A DNA stretch of 64,000 nt from Chiloscyllium plagiosum (lineage: Eukaryota), in the NCBI RefSeq assembly GCF_004010195.1, contig NC_057750.1:2548112-2612111 (forward strand). Direction: 5' to 3'. Numbering within the stretch: the stretch's first letter is position 1; every line of letters begins with the position of its first letter. Shown one piece after another: positions 38,244 to 53,300 of this stretch. The position numbers and the translations under genes are program-made. Under the pieces are notes generated by a model. The model was not told the origin of the DNA, made no database searches, and saw only the letters and a program-made list of their open reading frames with translations.

Positions 38244-38303
38244 AAGCTGCATTTTAATGATATTTCAGTACAAAGTTTGTACGAAGATTTGTAGCTCGGG
38301 TGC

Positions 38304-38803
38304 NNNNNNNNNNNNNNNNNNNNNNNNNNNNNNNNNNNNNNNNNNNNNNNNNNNNNNNNNNNNNNNNNNNNNNNNNNNNNNNNNNNNNNNNNNNNNNNNN
38401 NNNNNNNNNNNNNNNNNNNNNNNNNNNNNNNNNNNNNNNNNNNNNNNNNNNNNNNNNNNNNNNNNNNNNNNNNNNNNNNNNNNNNNNNNNNNNNNNNNNN
38501 NNNNNNNNNNNNNNNNNNNNNNNNNNNNNNNNNNNNNNNNNNNNNNNNNNNNNNNNNNNNNNNNNNNNNNNNNNNNNNNNNNNNNNNNNNNNNNNNNNNN
38601 NNNNNNNNNNNNNNNNNNNNNNNNNNNNNNNNNNNNNNNNNNNNNNNNNNNNNNNNNNNNNNNNNNNNNNNNNNNNNNNNNNNNNNNNNNNNNNNNNNNN
38701 NNNNNNNNNNNNNNNNNNNNNNNNNNNNNNNNNNNNNNNNNNNNNNNNNNNNNNNNNNNNNNNNNNNNNNNNNNNNNNNNNNNNNNNNNNNNNNNNNNNN
38801 NNN
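38304..38803. other. Assembly gap, exactly 500 N (probable fixed-size scaffolding join)
   Basis: Round-number N run. The two flanks belong to unrelated repeats. Confidence 0.95.
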
Positions 38804-39487
38804 ACTATCGATGATACAAATATCTCAGCAAGAGGCCCTGCAATCACTTCCCTAGCCTCCCACAGAGTTCGAGGGTACGACTGATCAGGTCCTGGGGATT
38901 TATCCACCTTTATGCATTTCAAGAGATCCAGCACTTCCTCCTCTGTAATATGGACATTTATCAAGAAGTCACCATCTATTTCCCTACAGTCTATATCTTG
39001 CATGTCCTTCTCCACAGTAAACACTGATGCAAAATACTCATTTAGTATCTCCCCCATCTCCTGCGACTCACACAAAGGCTGCCTTGCTATCTTTGAGAGG
39101 CCCTATTCTCTCCTTAGTTACTCTTCTGTCCTTAATGTATTTATTAAATCCCTTTGAATTTTCCTTAACCCTATTTGCCAAAGCTATCTCATGTCCCCTT
39201 TTTGTCCCCCAATTTCCCTCTTAAGTATACTCCTACTGCCTTTATACTCTTCTAAGGATTCACACGATCTATACCTTACATATGCTTCTTTCTTTTTCTT
39301 AACCAAACCCTCAATTTCTTTAGTCATCCAGCATTCCCTACACCTGCCAGCCTTTCCTTTCACCCTAACAGGAATATATTATCTCTGGCCTCTCATTATC
39401 TCATTTCTGAAGGCTTCCCATTTTCCTGCCATCCCTTTACCTGCGAACATCTGCCCCCAATCGGATTTTGAAAGCTCTTGCCTAATT
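38804..39487 (-). mobile_element. CR1 LINE ORF2 middle fragment
   Basis: EMGEILNEYFASVFT..VDKSPGPDQSYPRTLWEAREVIAGPLAEIF. Confidence 0.9.
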
Positions 39488-39608
39488 CCGATTTAAAAGT
39501 GGCTGGGCCTGTGCTTTCTTTGTAATTGCTGCCAATTCCTAAAATCACATTTATCTTATATATATGTTGGATCCCTTCCCTCCCCATCTCAAACTCCATT
39601 CTGCCACG

Positions 39609-39765
39609 ATGTGGAGGAGCTGCTGTTGGACTGGGGTGGCAAAAGTCAGAAGTCACATGACACCAGGTTATAGTCCAAGAGGTTCATTTGAAATCACAAG
39701 CTTTCGGAGCGCTGCGCCTTTGTCAGGTGACTATAACCTGGTGTCGTGTGACTTCTGACTTTGTC
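39609..39765. mobile_element. Short palindromic Penelope-derived element. Related copy at about 61859-62035
   Basis: aaagtcagaagtcacatgacaccaggttatagtc ... gactataacctggtgtcgtgtgacttctgacttt form inverted arms. Same family as the termini of 19664-22396. Confidence 0.7.
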
Positions 39766-42700
39766 TGTTCTGTCAGTCAGCTGTGGACTCAGAGCTGTAG
39801 TGAGCCCATGGACCCTTTAGAGCTAGCTTGGTTCTAACTCAGTTCCATTCTCCCAGTTTCTCTGTTTTTAATCTTTCATTCCAATAAGCCTTCTTTTTCT
39901 CTCAGTTGAGGATTCTCCTCCACCATGGATGAGAGGTCCCTTGAGTGTGTTCATCTCATTTGCAGGCTGTTCAATTCTGTTCTCACCTCTTCCTCCCCTC
40001 AACTCTCAGAAGCATAAGAGTATCCTTTCTAATTCAAAATCAAACTCACCACCTCATTTTGCCTCACGCCAAATCCTTTGGTTATTTAATCTTCTCCAAC
40101 CTCCATACGTTTCATCTATCCCTGCCTCTGTATGATTAAACACCATTCCATCTCTTCCTTGTTCAAAGAACAAGGTAAGAGGACTCTGTTAGCTCTTGTC
40201 CTCTCTTGATTGATGCTGTCTCCCCTGCTGAGTATTTCTGTCATTACTTCAGCTTGCCAGACTCTTAGTGTCTAGAATTGGGGAAGACAGTTTGGAAATT
40301 AAAGTAAAATGAAAAGAGATGGAGAATTTTTTTCACACTGCATGTCATTTGTCTATGGAGATCTCTTCTCCAAATAGCCCTGGAGGCCATACAGTTGCTC
40401 TGAGCTTCCTTCAAAGTTCTACACACATCAGTCGATGTGCTGACACATTGCCCTCTGCTTTGGGAAACCACAGCAGCACATGGATTTTGGTGGTCTGCAG
40501 ACCAACACAATATTTAGAGAGAGTATTGGTGGAGGCTGTGTCATTTAATATATTCTCAGCTGAGTTAGGCAGATTTTTGATCAATAAGTGACGGGGGACG
40601 GACAGACAGAAAACCTGACAAGTAACATGAACTACAAAGCTGGAGAGAATTTAGAATTTACACTGAGGTGCCAGTTAGGGGACAATTAGCTCCATTAGAT
40701 AGATGGGATAATACACCAAAAAGGTGTCCCTTGAAGGGTTGATTTCTAAGGCTACAGCGAGGATAATGAAGCAAGGTTTTTGGGATCAAGATTTACTGAT
40801 AGCAGGAAAAGCAATTTTGAATTTTGCTTTGGCTTTGTTAACGACAAGTGCTTGGAAGTGTAGTTCAATGAATATGAAAACTGCATTTCCTCAGAGAGAT
40901 CAGCACAAGAGGGAAGGTTTTTTTCATTCTCCTAAAGAGGCATGAAATGTCATGGGGACATTGTGAAAGTTAAATAAGTCTGTACACAGCCTGAATGATG
41001 TTGCTGCAGGGCATTCAAGGAGATGGGCCAAGTGCTGGAAATGGAAACTGACAGAACTGCAGATGCTGTAAATCAGAGACAAAAATAGAAATTGCTGGAA
41101 AAGCTCATCAGGTTTGACAGCATCTGTGGAAAGAAATCAGAGTTAAAGTTTTGGGTCGAGTGACCCTTCCTCAGAATCCTTCTAAAACCTGCTGAGCTTT
41201 TCCAGCAATTCCTATTTTTGTGCTAGAAAATAGGATGAGAATAGTCGTATTCAAATGTAGTTTGGTGTTTGCTTTTGATTGGTGCAGATTCAATGAGCCC
41301 AAGGGCCCTTTTCTGTGCTGTAGACCTCTATGACTCTAGAGTTTGGTACTTTTCAGTAAGGACTGTCTTCAGTTAAAAGTGGACCCTGCCATGTTTTAGT
41401 GGCATCACAAAGGGTAGTCATCAAACATCTTTCTGAGTCAGATAGATGATGTTTTGTGGGTGGGACTAGTGAATTTAAAAAATATTGTCATAAACAGGCT
41501 TAAAGCAGAATTCCACATTGGAATCAAAGTTTCTGGAGTTTTTAAATACATTGGATTGGCGTTCAGGTAGAATAGACTGAATGTCACTTTGCAATAGCAA
41601 TCTTAATTGCAAACTGTTAGCTGCATTGCTATTAGTCAAAGTAGGTCTACATAGAAAAACACAGCAGCTTCCAAAACTGAAATGGAAGAATTTTGCAATC
41701 TAATTGGAAGTTGAATTGGCTGAGCACCCAGTCAGGGCTAGATGCCAGTTTTAAATGATTAGAATTGAGTACAATGATGAAACATCCCAAGGTCAAAGCA
41801 AAAAAAAATTGGAAAAGAAATTAGTGGATAATTCTCTCTTGTGACTGGATAATGATTTAAGGCCATAAATACAACAGAAAAACTTTGTATGGATAATTAA
41901 TATTTTAGAAATTCAAAACTAAATTTCTTTGCTCAGTAGAGTTAAGGGGTTTTAGTTATTTATCTGATAATAACGATAATTATTTTTTCTAGTCTATCCA
42001 TAGTATGAATGAAGGTAAAATAGAAGCAAGGTCCATATTCTATTTGATTTTGTCTAGAGAGCTGTGACCCATGACTTCCATGTCTGTGTGGGAAATCCAA
42101 GATGTTTCTGGTGGTCTGGATGACCAGGATAAGGAGATACCTCCAGTTGGAGCAAATCAAGCTCCAGTTCAAGGCACTATAGTGTATTCACGAAGGTAAG
42201 AGCTTCATGAATACCACCTTTGCAGGGGTGGATAAATCTGTAGTTTAAGGTAGTGCAGGCTGAGGCAATCAGTGACCACCAGATAGAAGAAGGGTACCAG
42301 GCAGATCATCCCCCCATCTCACTCACCAAACACTTCTCAGCTTTGGGAAACAGTGTGTGTGATGGCTTTGTGAAGGACAGCCAAATTAGCTTATCTGTTC
42401 TTGCAGAAAGTCACAGAAAACATTGGGCTGAATGGCCTATATTCATTCTATGATTTAAGTATTCCCCTCTTGACTCCCATACTGGAGCATGGCCCTGCAG
42501 GTGTCCAAGCTAATTGAGAGCAACATGACCAAAACCAATCCAGTCCCCACCCAATATTTCAGACAAAACATTGAGTGTTTTTTTGGCATTCCATCCACCA
42601 CCTTGGATGTTCAGTCCTTTCTCCTCCACAGTGGCTGCAGTGTGCATCAGCTAGAAGATGCACTGCATAATGCAACAAGGCTGCTTTGACAACACCTTCC

Positions 42701-45700
42701 AAATCCATAGCCTTTGCCATCTAGAAGAACAAAGGTAGCAGATACAAGGCATCATCACAACTTGCAAGCTTTCCTCTGAATTACACAATATACTACCAAT
42801 CCTTCATTGTTGTAGTGTCAACATGCTGGGACTCCCTTCCCAAAAGCACTTGGAGGGTATCGACCCCACTTCAAATAGACTGCAGTGGTTCAAGAAGGCC
42901 ACCATCACCTTCTCCAGGACAATTATGGATGGGCAATAAATGTTGGCTTGGCCAATGATGCCCAGATCTCATGAATAAACTAAAACAAATTCACACATGC
43001 AATTGGGTGAGTTAGGCAGGAGTGGTGGGTGTATGTAGGCCACTTGAAAGGTGGAATGCTGGATTCTAATTGAAAGAAAAATCTTGTCTCTAACCCAGAT
43101 TGCTGTGATCAACAGCAGCTATTTGTGATTCTGGCATTCACACCTCCCCTAGACATTGAAGGCATAGGAAAAAAGAGGAGTAGGTCATTTGGCTCCTTGG
43201 GCCCGCTCCACCATTCAATTTGATGATGCCTGATCTGATTACAGCTCCAACTGTACTTTCATGTCTGCCCCACATATTACCTCAATCCCTTATAAATCAA
43301 AATTCTAAATAATTCAGCCTTAAAGGTATTCAATGACTCTCTGGGAAGGAGAATTTCAAAGGCCAATGACCTTCTGAGAGAAGGAATTCATCCTCATCTG
43401 TGTCTTAAATGAGAGACCCATCATTTTGAAGATAAACTCTTAGTTCTGCATTCCCTCCCTTGCCCCATTATGAGAACCGTCCTCTCAGCATCTCCGCTGT
43501 ACAACTGCCTCACAATGTTACATGTCTTAATAAGATCACCTCTCAGTCTTCTAATGAGTTTAAACCTAATCTGCTCACTCTTTCTTCAAAGATACACCCT
43601 TCATCCCATGATTCAATCTTGTGAAACTTTTCTGAATGTCTGACGATGCAAGTATATCCCTCCTTATCTGGGACAAAAAACAATATGCCCTTCCTGATGA
43701 GGGGCTTATGCCTGAAATGTCAACACTCCTGCTCATTGGGTGTTGCCTGACCTGCTGTGATTTTCCAGCACTGCATTCTCGACTCTGATCTCCAGCATCT
43801 GCAGTCCTCACTTTCTCCTAAAACCTATATGCAGGACCCTACATATTGTCTTACCAATACCCTTTACAATTATATTAAAACTTCCCTACGTCTATACCCT
43901 ATCCTCCTGCAATTTAGAATTGTCCTATCACCACTCCCTTTTACCTTGCATCATCAACTCTTTTGTTATTTAATCTCTCTTGTCTTTTATCCTGTCACAA
44001 GTTCTCTTTTTGTGTGGTGCCCCTCACTCTCTGGCTTACAAACTGTTACATCTCTAAATTCTCCCAGTTCAGATGAAAGATTAATGAAATGTTAACTTTT
44101 ATCTGTCTCCAAGAAACTGCCAGACTTACTGAATGTGTCTGGAATCATTTGATCAGTGATCAGCCATTATGTCCCTTCTACAAAAGGGACATGTTCCATC
44201 CTATACTAAAACTGAATTAAATGCAAATATAATTGTCACAGAAACAGTGCAAATCTTGTAAGATTGTGATGATATTGTCAATCAGATCACAAACTTGGAA
44301 AACTAACTCCATTTCTCTCCACAGGTGCTTCCTGGGCTGCTAAGAATTTTCAGCATTTTTTCCCTTTATCATGTTTGTTACTTGTTTTCATGATGACAAT
44401 ATTAACTAACAAAATAAATACAATAATGTATAATTCTAGTGTTGAGGGGGTGCAATAAAGACAAATTTGCCATAGTCCTACTGGACAATTGGGGTGTTCT
44501 CTCATTAGAGAGGGATGACTGGTAGTGTTTTAACCTGAATGTCACTACTCCTCAGGTGAGGGGAGAAGGTGTGAAGGAGAGCCTTTCATGATAATCTCAA
44601 CCGGTGCAAGAATTGAACCTACATTATTGGCATCACAAATAAGCCAACCAGCTAACTGAACTAACCAAGCTCCTAAGAGATCACAATAACACCCTATGAG
44701 TATCAGCATCAGTATATTAGCAGTAAATATATTTCTAGGAAGTTTCTTACCAGTTATTTTGACAAAGACAAACACAGTCAGGTAATACTCATATTGAAAT
44801 AACAAAAGTAACTTTGAAATGAAAGTGTTAAATATTCAAATATTATTATTCATACAACCTCATTTCAAAGACCTTACAGTGATTTCAAAATTTGCAACAA
44901 CCCACTAACCGGGATATCAATTAGGCCACTGAATTCCCCATTGTTGCATTAGACACCTTAACCAGGAATTTATAGTGTTCAGTATGTCTAAAGGCCTGCT
45001 GTTTTAAACTCCTCTGTGCACTATTAACTGGAGAGATTAATGCCTCCTTTGAAAAACTGGGCAAAAAGGGACTATCTTGGCAATGTGATGTATGCTTGCG
45101 TGGTAAGATAAATCTGATTTTCAAGTTTCAGCCCATTTTCTCCTTCCCGTTCTCTTTCTCATTGTTTTAGTATTGTCAAAAGCTGGAAGACAGACACTAT
45201 GTGTGATTCTGGAACAGCAATGATACCATCATTGAAATCGAAGCATCATAGAGAAATTTACACTGGTACATTTTATACAGTTTGTGATTTCTAGAGAAAC
45301 AGATGAGAAAAGTATGATAAAAAAGTTAAGAGTTATGTGAAAACAATAGTCTATTGTTTCTTTCTTGTTAATGTTTGCAATCTGCTGCTAGAATACAAAT
45401 TGATCCCAAAAATGTTACTGATACTGTGGAGAATTCAACGACTCAACAGTTGATGAGGACATTTAACCTACCACAGTTGCATATTTGCTTTTAGAAGTCA
45501 AACTCTTTAGAATTGTGCCATCAAGTTTACATTGCCTCACCCTATCCATTCTGCCCACCATAGTCCTTCTGCCAAAATGCATCAACAGGAATAATGAGCA
45601 AAGGAAGGTCTCAGGACAATGATTGCAATATCAGTCTGTATCAAGATAAAATCTGTTCTTCCTTTGAATACTCAATAGCCAATGGTATTGCTAATAAGGA

Positions 45701-45858
45701 ATCAAAATGAACAGCAATCTTCAGTTGGATTGAATTAGATGGTAGAGATAATTGGACCTGACTGCATACTATACAGTTCCCATTTTAAAACTGCATATTC
45801 TGTTCTCATGCTTATGATTTCATTATAAATCACCATACTTATATACACAATAAAACTA

Positions 45859-45864
45859 TTTATT
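45859..45864 (-). terminator. Candidate polyadenylation signal (AATAAA) for the InaF-motif gene
   Basis: tttatt on the + strand, about 475 nt downstream of the stop codon, after an AT-rich 3' UTR. Confidence 0.55.
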
Positions 45865-46338
45865 CAAATTTGTAACACTGTAATGACAGCTTCCTGTAAG
45901 GATCTCACTACATTCACTGGTGCGAATGGTGTAATTACAAATAACAAGTTTAAATAGAAAGTTTCTATTATAAGTGTGGATACTGAAACTTAAAATGAAA
46001 GAAAAAGGTAGGCAACACAGGCAGGTAAATTGTTTAATATCTTGTAGGTTTGTAATACAAAATATTTTAAGTGTGTGATACTCTTAAGACTATACTGAGC
46101 ATGTAAAATGACACATTGTGAAGAACTGTAAGTATCAGAAAATATTTAACTTAAATAAAAGCTATTGTGTTTTCTGGTTTTGTAACCTTTTTTCTTTAAA
46201 TGTTATTTGACACAAAAGGGGAAAAGATTGTTAAAAATCAGAATATAATGCAATCAATATTAGCAGTAATTATGGTAGTTATTTAAAATATATTGCCAAG
46301 TGTCTTTCTCCTAAGATAAAAACAGTTCAGTTGCAAAG

Positions 46339-48151
<1,813 letters not shown>

Positions 48152-48545
48152 CTTTTCAGTTTCCCCAGCGAGACTGATATAGAAACATGCTTTTGTTTAC
48201 AGCGACAGCCAGAGAAGTCGTCCCGCCTCCAAGCTCCAGCAGTTGGCTAGTGTCAAAATGAGGAATCCTTCGTTAGCTCGGCAGCATGTAATTTAAAACG
48301 TTCCAGCCCACCTCTGCTGGCTAAAACAGACACGCAATGATCGAATATTAAAGGGCGATTGCCCCCAACCCCCCAAACACCAATCGTTCTTTACTACCTC
48401 TTGTGATTAATAGCCAGATGCACAGAATGACACAGCACGGCAGATGGTTGTTCGGCCCATTATGATTGTACTAGCGCTTTCCAACCTCTCCACTTAACTC
48501 TGCATTTTTACTGTACTTATCATTTTTTCAAAAAAGTTATTATGA

Positions 48546-48780
48546 GTGGAGTGTGTTATTTCCCCGTCCAACTCTACTCTGATTTAGTCCCTGCCCTCCC
48601 CTCCCCTTCACTGATGATGCAGCATTGCCCTTTGATGTGAAGGGCACTGCTTGTCATTGGCCACTGGGGTGTTCCTTTTTTTTCTGGTGGTGGAAATTAC
48701 ATAAAGATTTGTGCACCTTGTGTCTTTCACTGTGTCTCACACCTACACACACACACAACATGGGGGCTGGGTAAAAAAAA
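48546..48780 (+). mobile_element. Tx1-like element 3' end (same family as 13565-14256)
   Basis: gtggagtgtgttatttccccgtccaactctactctgatttag...gtgtctcacacctacacacacac. Confidence 0.65.
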
Positions 48781-48904
48781 ACAGGATTGTTAGATATCCT
48801 GTTCACTCAGAGCTGGCTCTGAGGGAGCTGGAAGAAAAAAAAACGTTATTATGGATTCTACTTCCACTGTTCTTTCAGTAAATGCCAGACCACGATAAAA
48901 CCTA

Positions 48905-49765
48905 ACTTGCAGTCACATTTGCAGATGACACAAAACTAAGTGGAAAGGCAGGTTGCAAGAAGGATAGGAACAATTTAAAGAGAGATACTTACAGGATAAG
49001 TAAAGTGGGCAAAAAAGTGGACCAATGGAATATCATGTGGGAAAATGTGTAGTTGTTAATTTTGGAAGGGAGAATAAAAGAACAGAATATTACTTAAATG
49101 AAGAACTACAGAAAGCTGTGACACAAAGGGAGTTGGGGATACTTGTGCACAAAACATAGGTGCAGCAGGTAATCAGGAAGGCGAACAGAATGTTAGTCTT
49201 TATTTCAAGGGGGTTGGAACATAAAAATAGGGATACCTTACTACAACTGCACAAAGTGCTGGTGAGGCCACATCTGGTGTACTGTGAGCAGGTTTAGTTC
49301 CCTTTAAGAAAATATGTTATTTCATTGGAGGCAGTTCAGAGAAGATTCAATTGAATTATCCCAGATATAGAAGGAGTTTTATAAACAAAAGATGAACAGG
49401 TTGGGTCTCTGGAGTTTAGGTGAATGAGAGATGATTTCATTGAAACATATCAGACTATTAAAAGGAGCTTGACAGAGTCAATGCTGAGAGGATGTTTCCC
49501 CTCATGGGAGAGTCAAGACCAAAGGGCACAGTCTCAGAATAAAGGGGCACCAATTTACAACTGAGATGGAGGAATTTCTTCTCTCAGACAGTTAAGAGTC
49601 TTGGTAAATCCTTCCCACAGAGAGCTTGTATATTTAAGGCTGAAATGGACAGATTCCTGATTAGTTGGGGAATTAAGGGTGATGGAGAAGGGTACAAAAG
49701 TGGATGCGAGGATGTTGGATCAAGCATGACCCTACTGAATGGCAGTTAATATTTCTTATGATCTT
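48905..49765 (+). mobile_element. Degenerate CR1 LINE RT to 3' end
   Basis: tttgcagatgacacaaaact (FADDTK) through a CR1 3' tail. Confidence 0.8.
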
Positions 49766-49947
49766 AACCTCTTTTGGCCAAAATAAAAACTACAGTTTCT
49801 TCAATTTTACCACATAACCTGAAATCCATTATACCTCATACTTTTTTGTGAATTGCTGTAGTATTGAAAAAAGATCATGATCTCCTTCCTAAAATATGGT
49901 GCCCAAAGTAGCTACAATACTTGATCTGGAGTCTAACAAATGTTTAT

Positions 49948-52420
49948 AGAGTCTTAGAGATGTACAGCATGGAAACAGACTTATCGGTCCAACTCATCTA
50001 TGCCGACCAGATATCTTAACCTAATCTAGTCCCATTTGCTAGCACTTGGTCCATATCCCTTTAATCCCTTCCTATTCATATTCCCATTCAGGTGCCTTTT
50101 AAATGTTGTAATTGTACCAATCTCCACCACTTCCTCTGCCAGCTCATCCCATACACGCTCCACCCTCTGCATGAAAAAGTTGCGCCTTAGGTCCCTTTTA
50201 AATTTTTTCCCTCTCACCTTATGCCCTCTAGTTTGGGACTCCCCCATTCCAGGGAAAAGACCTTGTCTATGAACTTACCCATGCCCCTCACGATTTTACA
50301 AACCTCTATAAAAGGTCACCCATCAGCCTTCGACACTCCAGGGAAGACAGCCCCAGCCTATTCAACCTCCCTCTGTAGCTCAAATCCTCCAACCCTGGCA
50401 ATATCCTTGTAAATCTTTTCTGAATCCTTTCAAGTTTCACAACATTCCTTCCAATAGGAAGGAGACCAGAATTGCAAACAATATTCCAAAAGTGGCCTAA
50501 CCAATGTCCTGTACAGCCACAACATGACCTGCCAACCCAACTGCTCAATGTCTTTCTAATAAAGGAAAGCATACCAAACGCCTTCTTCACTATCCTATCT
50601 ACCAGCGAGTCCACCTTCAAGGAACTATAAACCTGCACTCCAAGGTCTCTTTGTTCAGAACACTCCCCAGGACCTTACCATTAAGTGTATAAGTCCTGCC
50701 CTGATTTGCCTTTCCAAAATGCAGCACCTCACATTTATCTAAATTAAACTCCATTTGCCACTCCTCAGCCCATTGGCCCATCTGATTAAGATCCCACTGT
50801 AATCGGAGGTAACCTTCTTCGCTGTCCATGACACCTCCAATTTTGGTGTCATCTGCAAACTTACTAACTATACCTCCTATATTCACATGCAAATAATTTA
50901 TATAAATGATTAAAAGTTGTGGACCCAGCACTGATCCTTGTGGTTTACCACTGGTCACAGGCTTCCAGTCTGAAAAGCAGCCAGTTCTGTATCCAAATGG
51001 CAAGTTCTCCCTGTATTTCAGGAGATTTACCTTGGCTAACCAGTCTACTATGAGGAACCTTGTTGAACGCCTTACTGAAATCTATATAGTTCATGCCCAC
51101 CACTCTGCCCTCATCAATCCTCTTTGTGACTTCTTCAAAAACAAAACTCAATCAAGTTTGAGACATGATTTCGCATGCACAAAGCCATATTAACGACCCC
51201 TAATCAGTTCTTGCCTTTCCAAACACATATACATCTTGTCCCTCAGGATTCCCTCCAACAACTTGCCCACGACTGATGTCAGACTCACCGTTGTACAGTT
51301 CCCTGGCTTTTCCTTATCACCTTTCTTAAATAATGGCACCACATTTGCCAACCTCCAGTCTTCCAGCACCTCACCTGTGACTATTGATGATACAAATATC
51401 TCAGTGAGGGGCCCAGCAATCACTTCCCTAGCTTCCCACAGAGTTCTAGGGTACACCTGATCAGGTCATGGGGGTTTATCCACTTAAGCATTTCAAAACA
51501 TCCAACACTTCCTCCTGTGTAATATGTACATTTTTCAAGATGTCACCATCTATTTCCCCACATTCTGTATCTTCCATGTCGTTCTCTAAACACTGATGCA
51601 AAATATTCATTTAGTATCTCCCCCATCTCCTGCCTTCCACACAAAGTCTGCCTTGCTGATCTTTCAGGGGCCCTATTCTCTCTCTAGTTATCTTTTTTCC
51701 TTAATGCATGTATAAAATCCCTTTGGATTCTCCTTAACCCTATTTGCCAAAGCTCTCAAGTTCTCTTTTTGCCCTCTTGATTTCCCTCTTAAGTATACTC
51801 TAAGGATTTACTCGATCTATCCTGTCTATACTTGATATATTCTTCCTTCTTTTTCTTAATCAAAATCTCAATTTCTCTAGCTATCCAGCATTCCCTACAC
51901 CTACCAGCCTTTCCTTTCACTCTAACAGGAACACACTGTCTCTGGGCTCTCTATTTTTGAAGGCTTCCCATTTTCCAGCTGTCCCTTTACCTGCAAACAT
52001 CTGCATCAAAAGCAACAGCTTTTGAAAGTTCTTGCCTAATACCATCAAAATTAGCCTTCCTCCAATTTAGAACGTCAACTTTTAGACCCAGTCTATCCTT
52101 TTCCATCACTATCTTAAAACTAATAGAATTATGGTTGCTGGCCCCAACATGCTCCCCCACTGACATCTCAGTCGCCTGCCCTGCCTTATTTCCCCAAGAG
52201 TAGGTCAAGTTTTGCAGCTTCTGTAGTAGGTACATCCACATACCGAATCAGAAATATTTCTTGTGTACACTTAAATTCCACTGGATCTAAACCCTTAACG
52301 CTAAACCCTTAATAGCAGTCCCAGTCTATGTTTGTAAAGTTAAAATTCCCTACCATAACCACCCTATTATTCCTACAGATAACAGAGACCGCCTTACAAA
52401 TTTGTTTCTCAATTTCCTGT
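49948..52420 (-). mobile_element. CR1/HER1 LINE ORF2 (EN C-terminus, RT, 3' end), frameshifted
   Basis: VVMVGNFNFTNIDW, ASNHNSISF, YPRTLWEARE..WRLANVVPLFKKG, IDFSKAFNKVPH, PQGSVLGPQL..SKFADDTK, RVWDELAEEVV. Confidence 0.93.
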
Positions 52421-52778
52421 TGACTGTATGTGTTGTCACTGACAAATTGTCTACTTTTAAAAAGAGAACACAAGGTATCAGTGAAAGTACACTTCAAAAT
52501 ATTTCAAAACACAGTTTGAAGGTGATCTATTGCAGAACTAGTCCTTGGTGGGTTTAACAGGAAATGGATATGGAAGCCAGACAGAACAAGTATTTTGATT
52601 GTTGTCATCAAGGTGAGATGGTTGGGTGTGTATGTTTCCAACCATTGTACCTCCTTCTGTAACTGATGCTGCCAAATGCCATCCACATTTCAAAAAGCGA
52701 GGAGTCATAGGAAAGCCTCAGCCAACACAAGGTTGGTCACAGATGGGAGCATTAAGTGTGCTAATCTGTTCTGCTTTT

Positions 52779-53300
52779 AGGGTGTAGGTCTGCTCACTGA
52801 GCTGTAGGTTTGATATCCAGATGTTTTATTACCTGGCTAGGCATCATCATCAGTGGCGACCTCCAAGTGAAGCGAAGCTGTTGTCTCCTGCTTTCTGTTT
52901 ATATGTTTGTCCTGGATGGGGTTCCTGGGGTTTGTGGTGATGTCATTTCCTGTTCATTTTCTGAGGGGTTGATAGATGGCATCTAGATCTATGTGTTTGT
53001 TTATGGCGTTGTGGTTGGAGTGCCAGGCCTCTAGGAATTCTCTGGCATGTCTTTGCTTAGCCTGTCCCAGGATAGATGTGTTGTCCCAGTCCCAGCCACA
53101 AAAAGACATGATCCCCTCTCCCTCGTAGCCCTACACACGGATGAAAAAAACCCACCATTTTGACTGGGACAACACACTTCGCTTCACTTGGAGGTTGCCA
53201 CTGATGATGTTACCTAGCCAGGTAATGAAACGTCTGGATATCAAACCTACAGCTCAGCGAGCAAACCTACACCCTAAACCTCAAACCTTCACAAACCTTG
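52779..53300. mobile_element. Penelope-like element remnant with inverted termini and 12-bp TSD
   Basis: About 100-bp inverted arms (52776-52877 and 53177-53278). Internal minus-strand DWDNTSILGQAKQRHAREFLEAWHS (GIY-YIG C-terminal region). tgttctgctttt at 52767-52778 and 53301-53312. Confidence 0.82.
53198..53237 (+). ncRNA. Minimal hammerhead ribozyme motif, second Penelope family
   Basis: CCA-CTGATGA-T-GTTACCT-AGCC-AGGTAAT-GAAA-CGTC-TGG: stem I CCA/UGG, 7-bp stem II, GUC site. Confidence 0.75.

Noticed and set aside
42055..42350. Exon-like segment with ag...gtaag boundaries
   Set aside because: VWEIQDVSGGLDD and PISLTKHFSALG resemble decayed CR1 ORF1 (compare 1446-1927), not a host exon.
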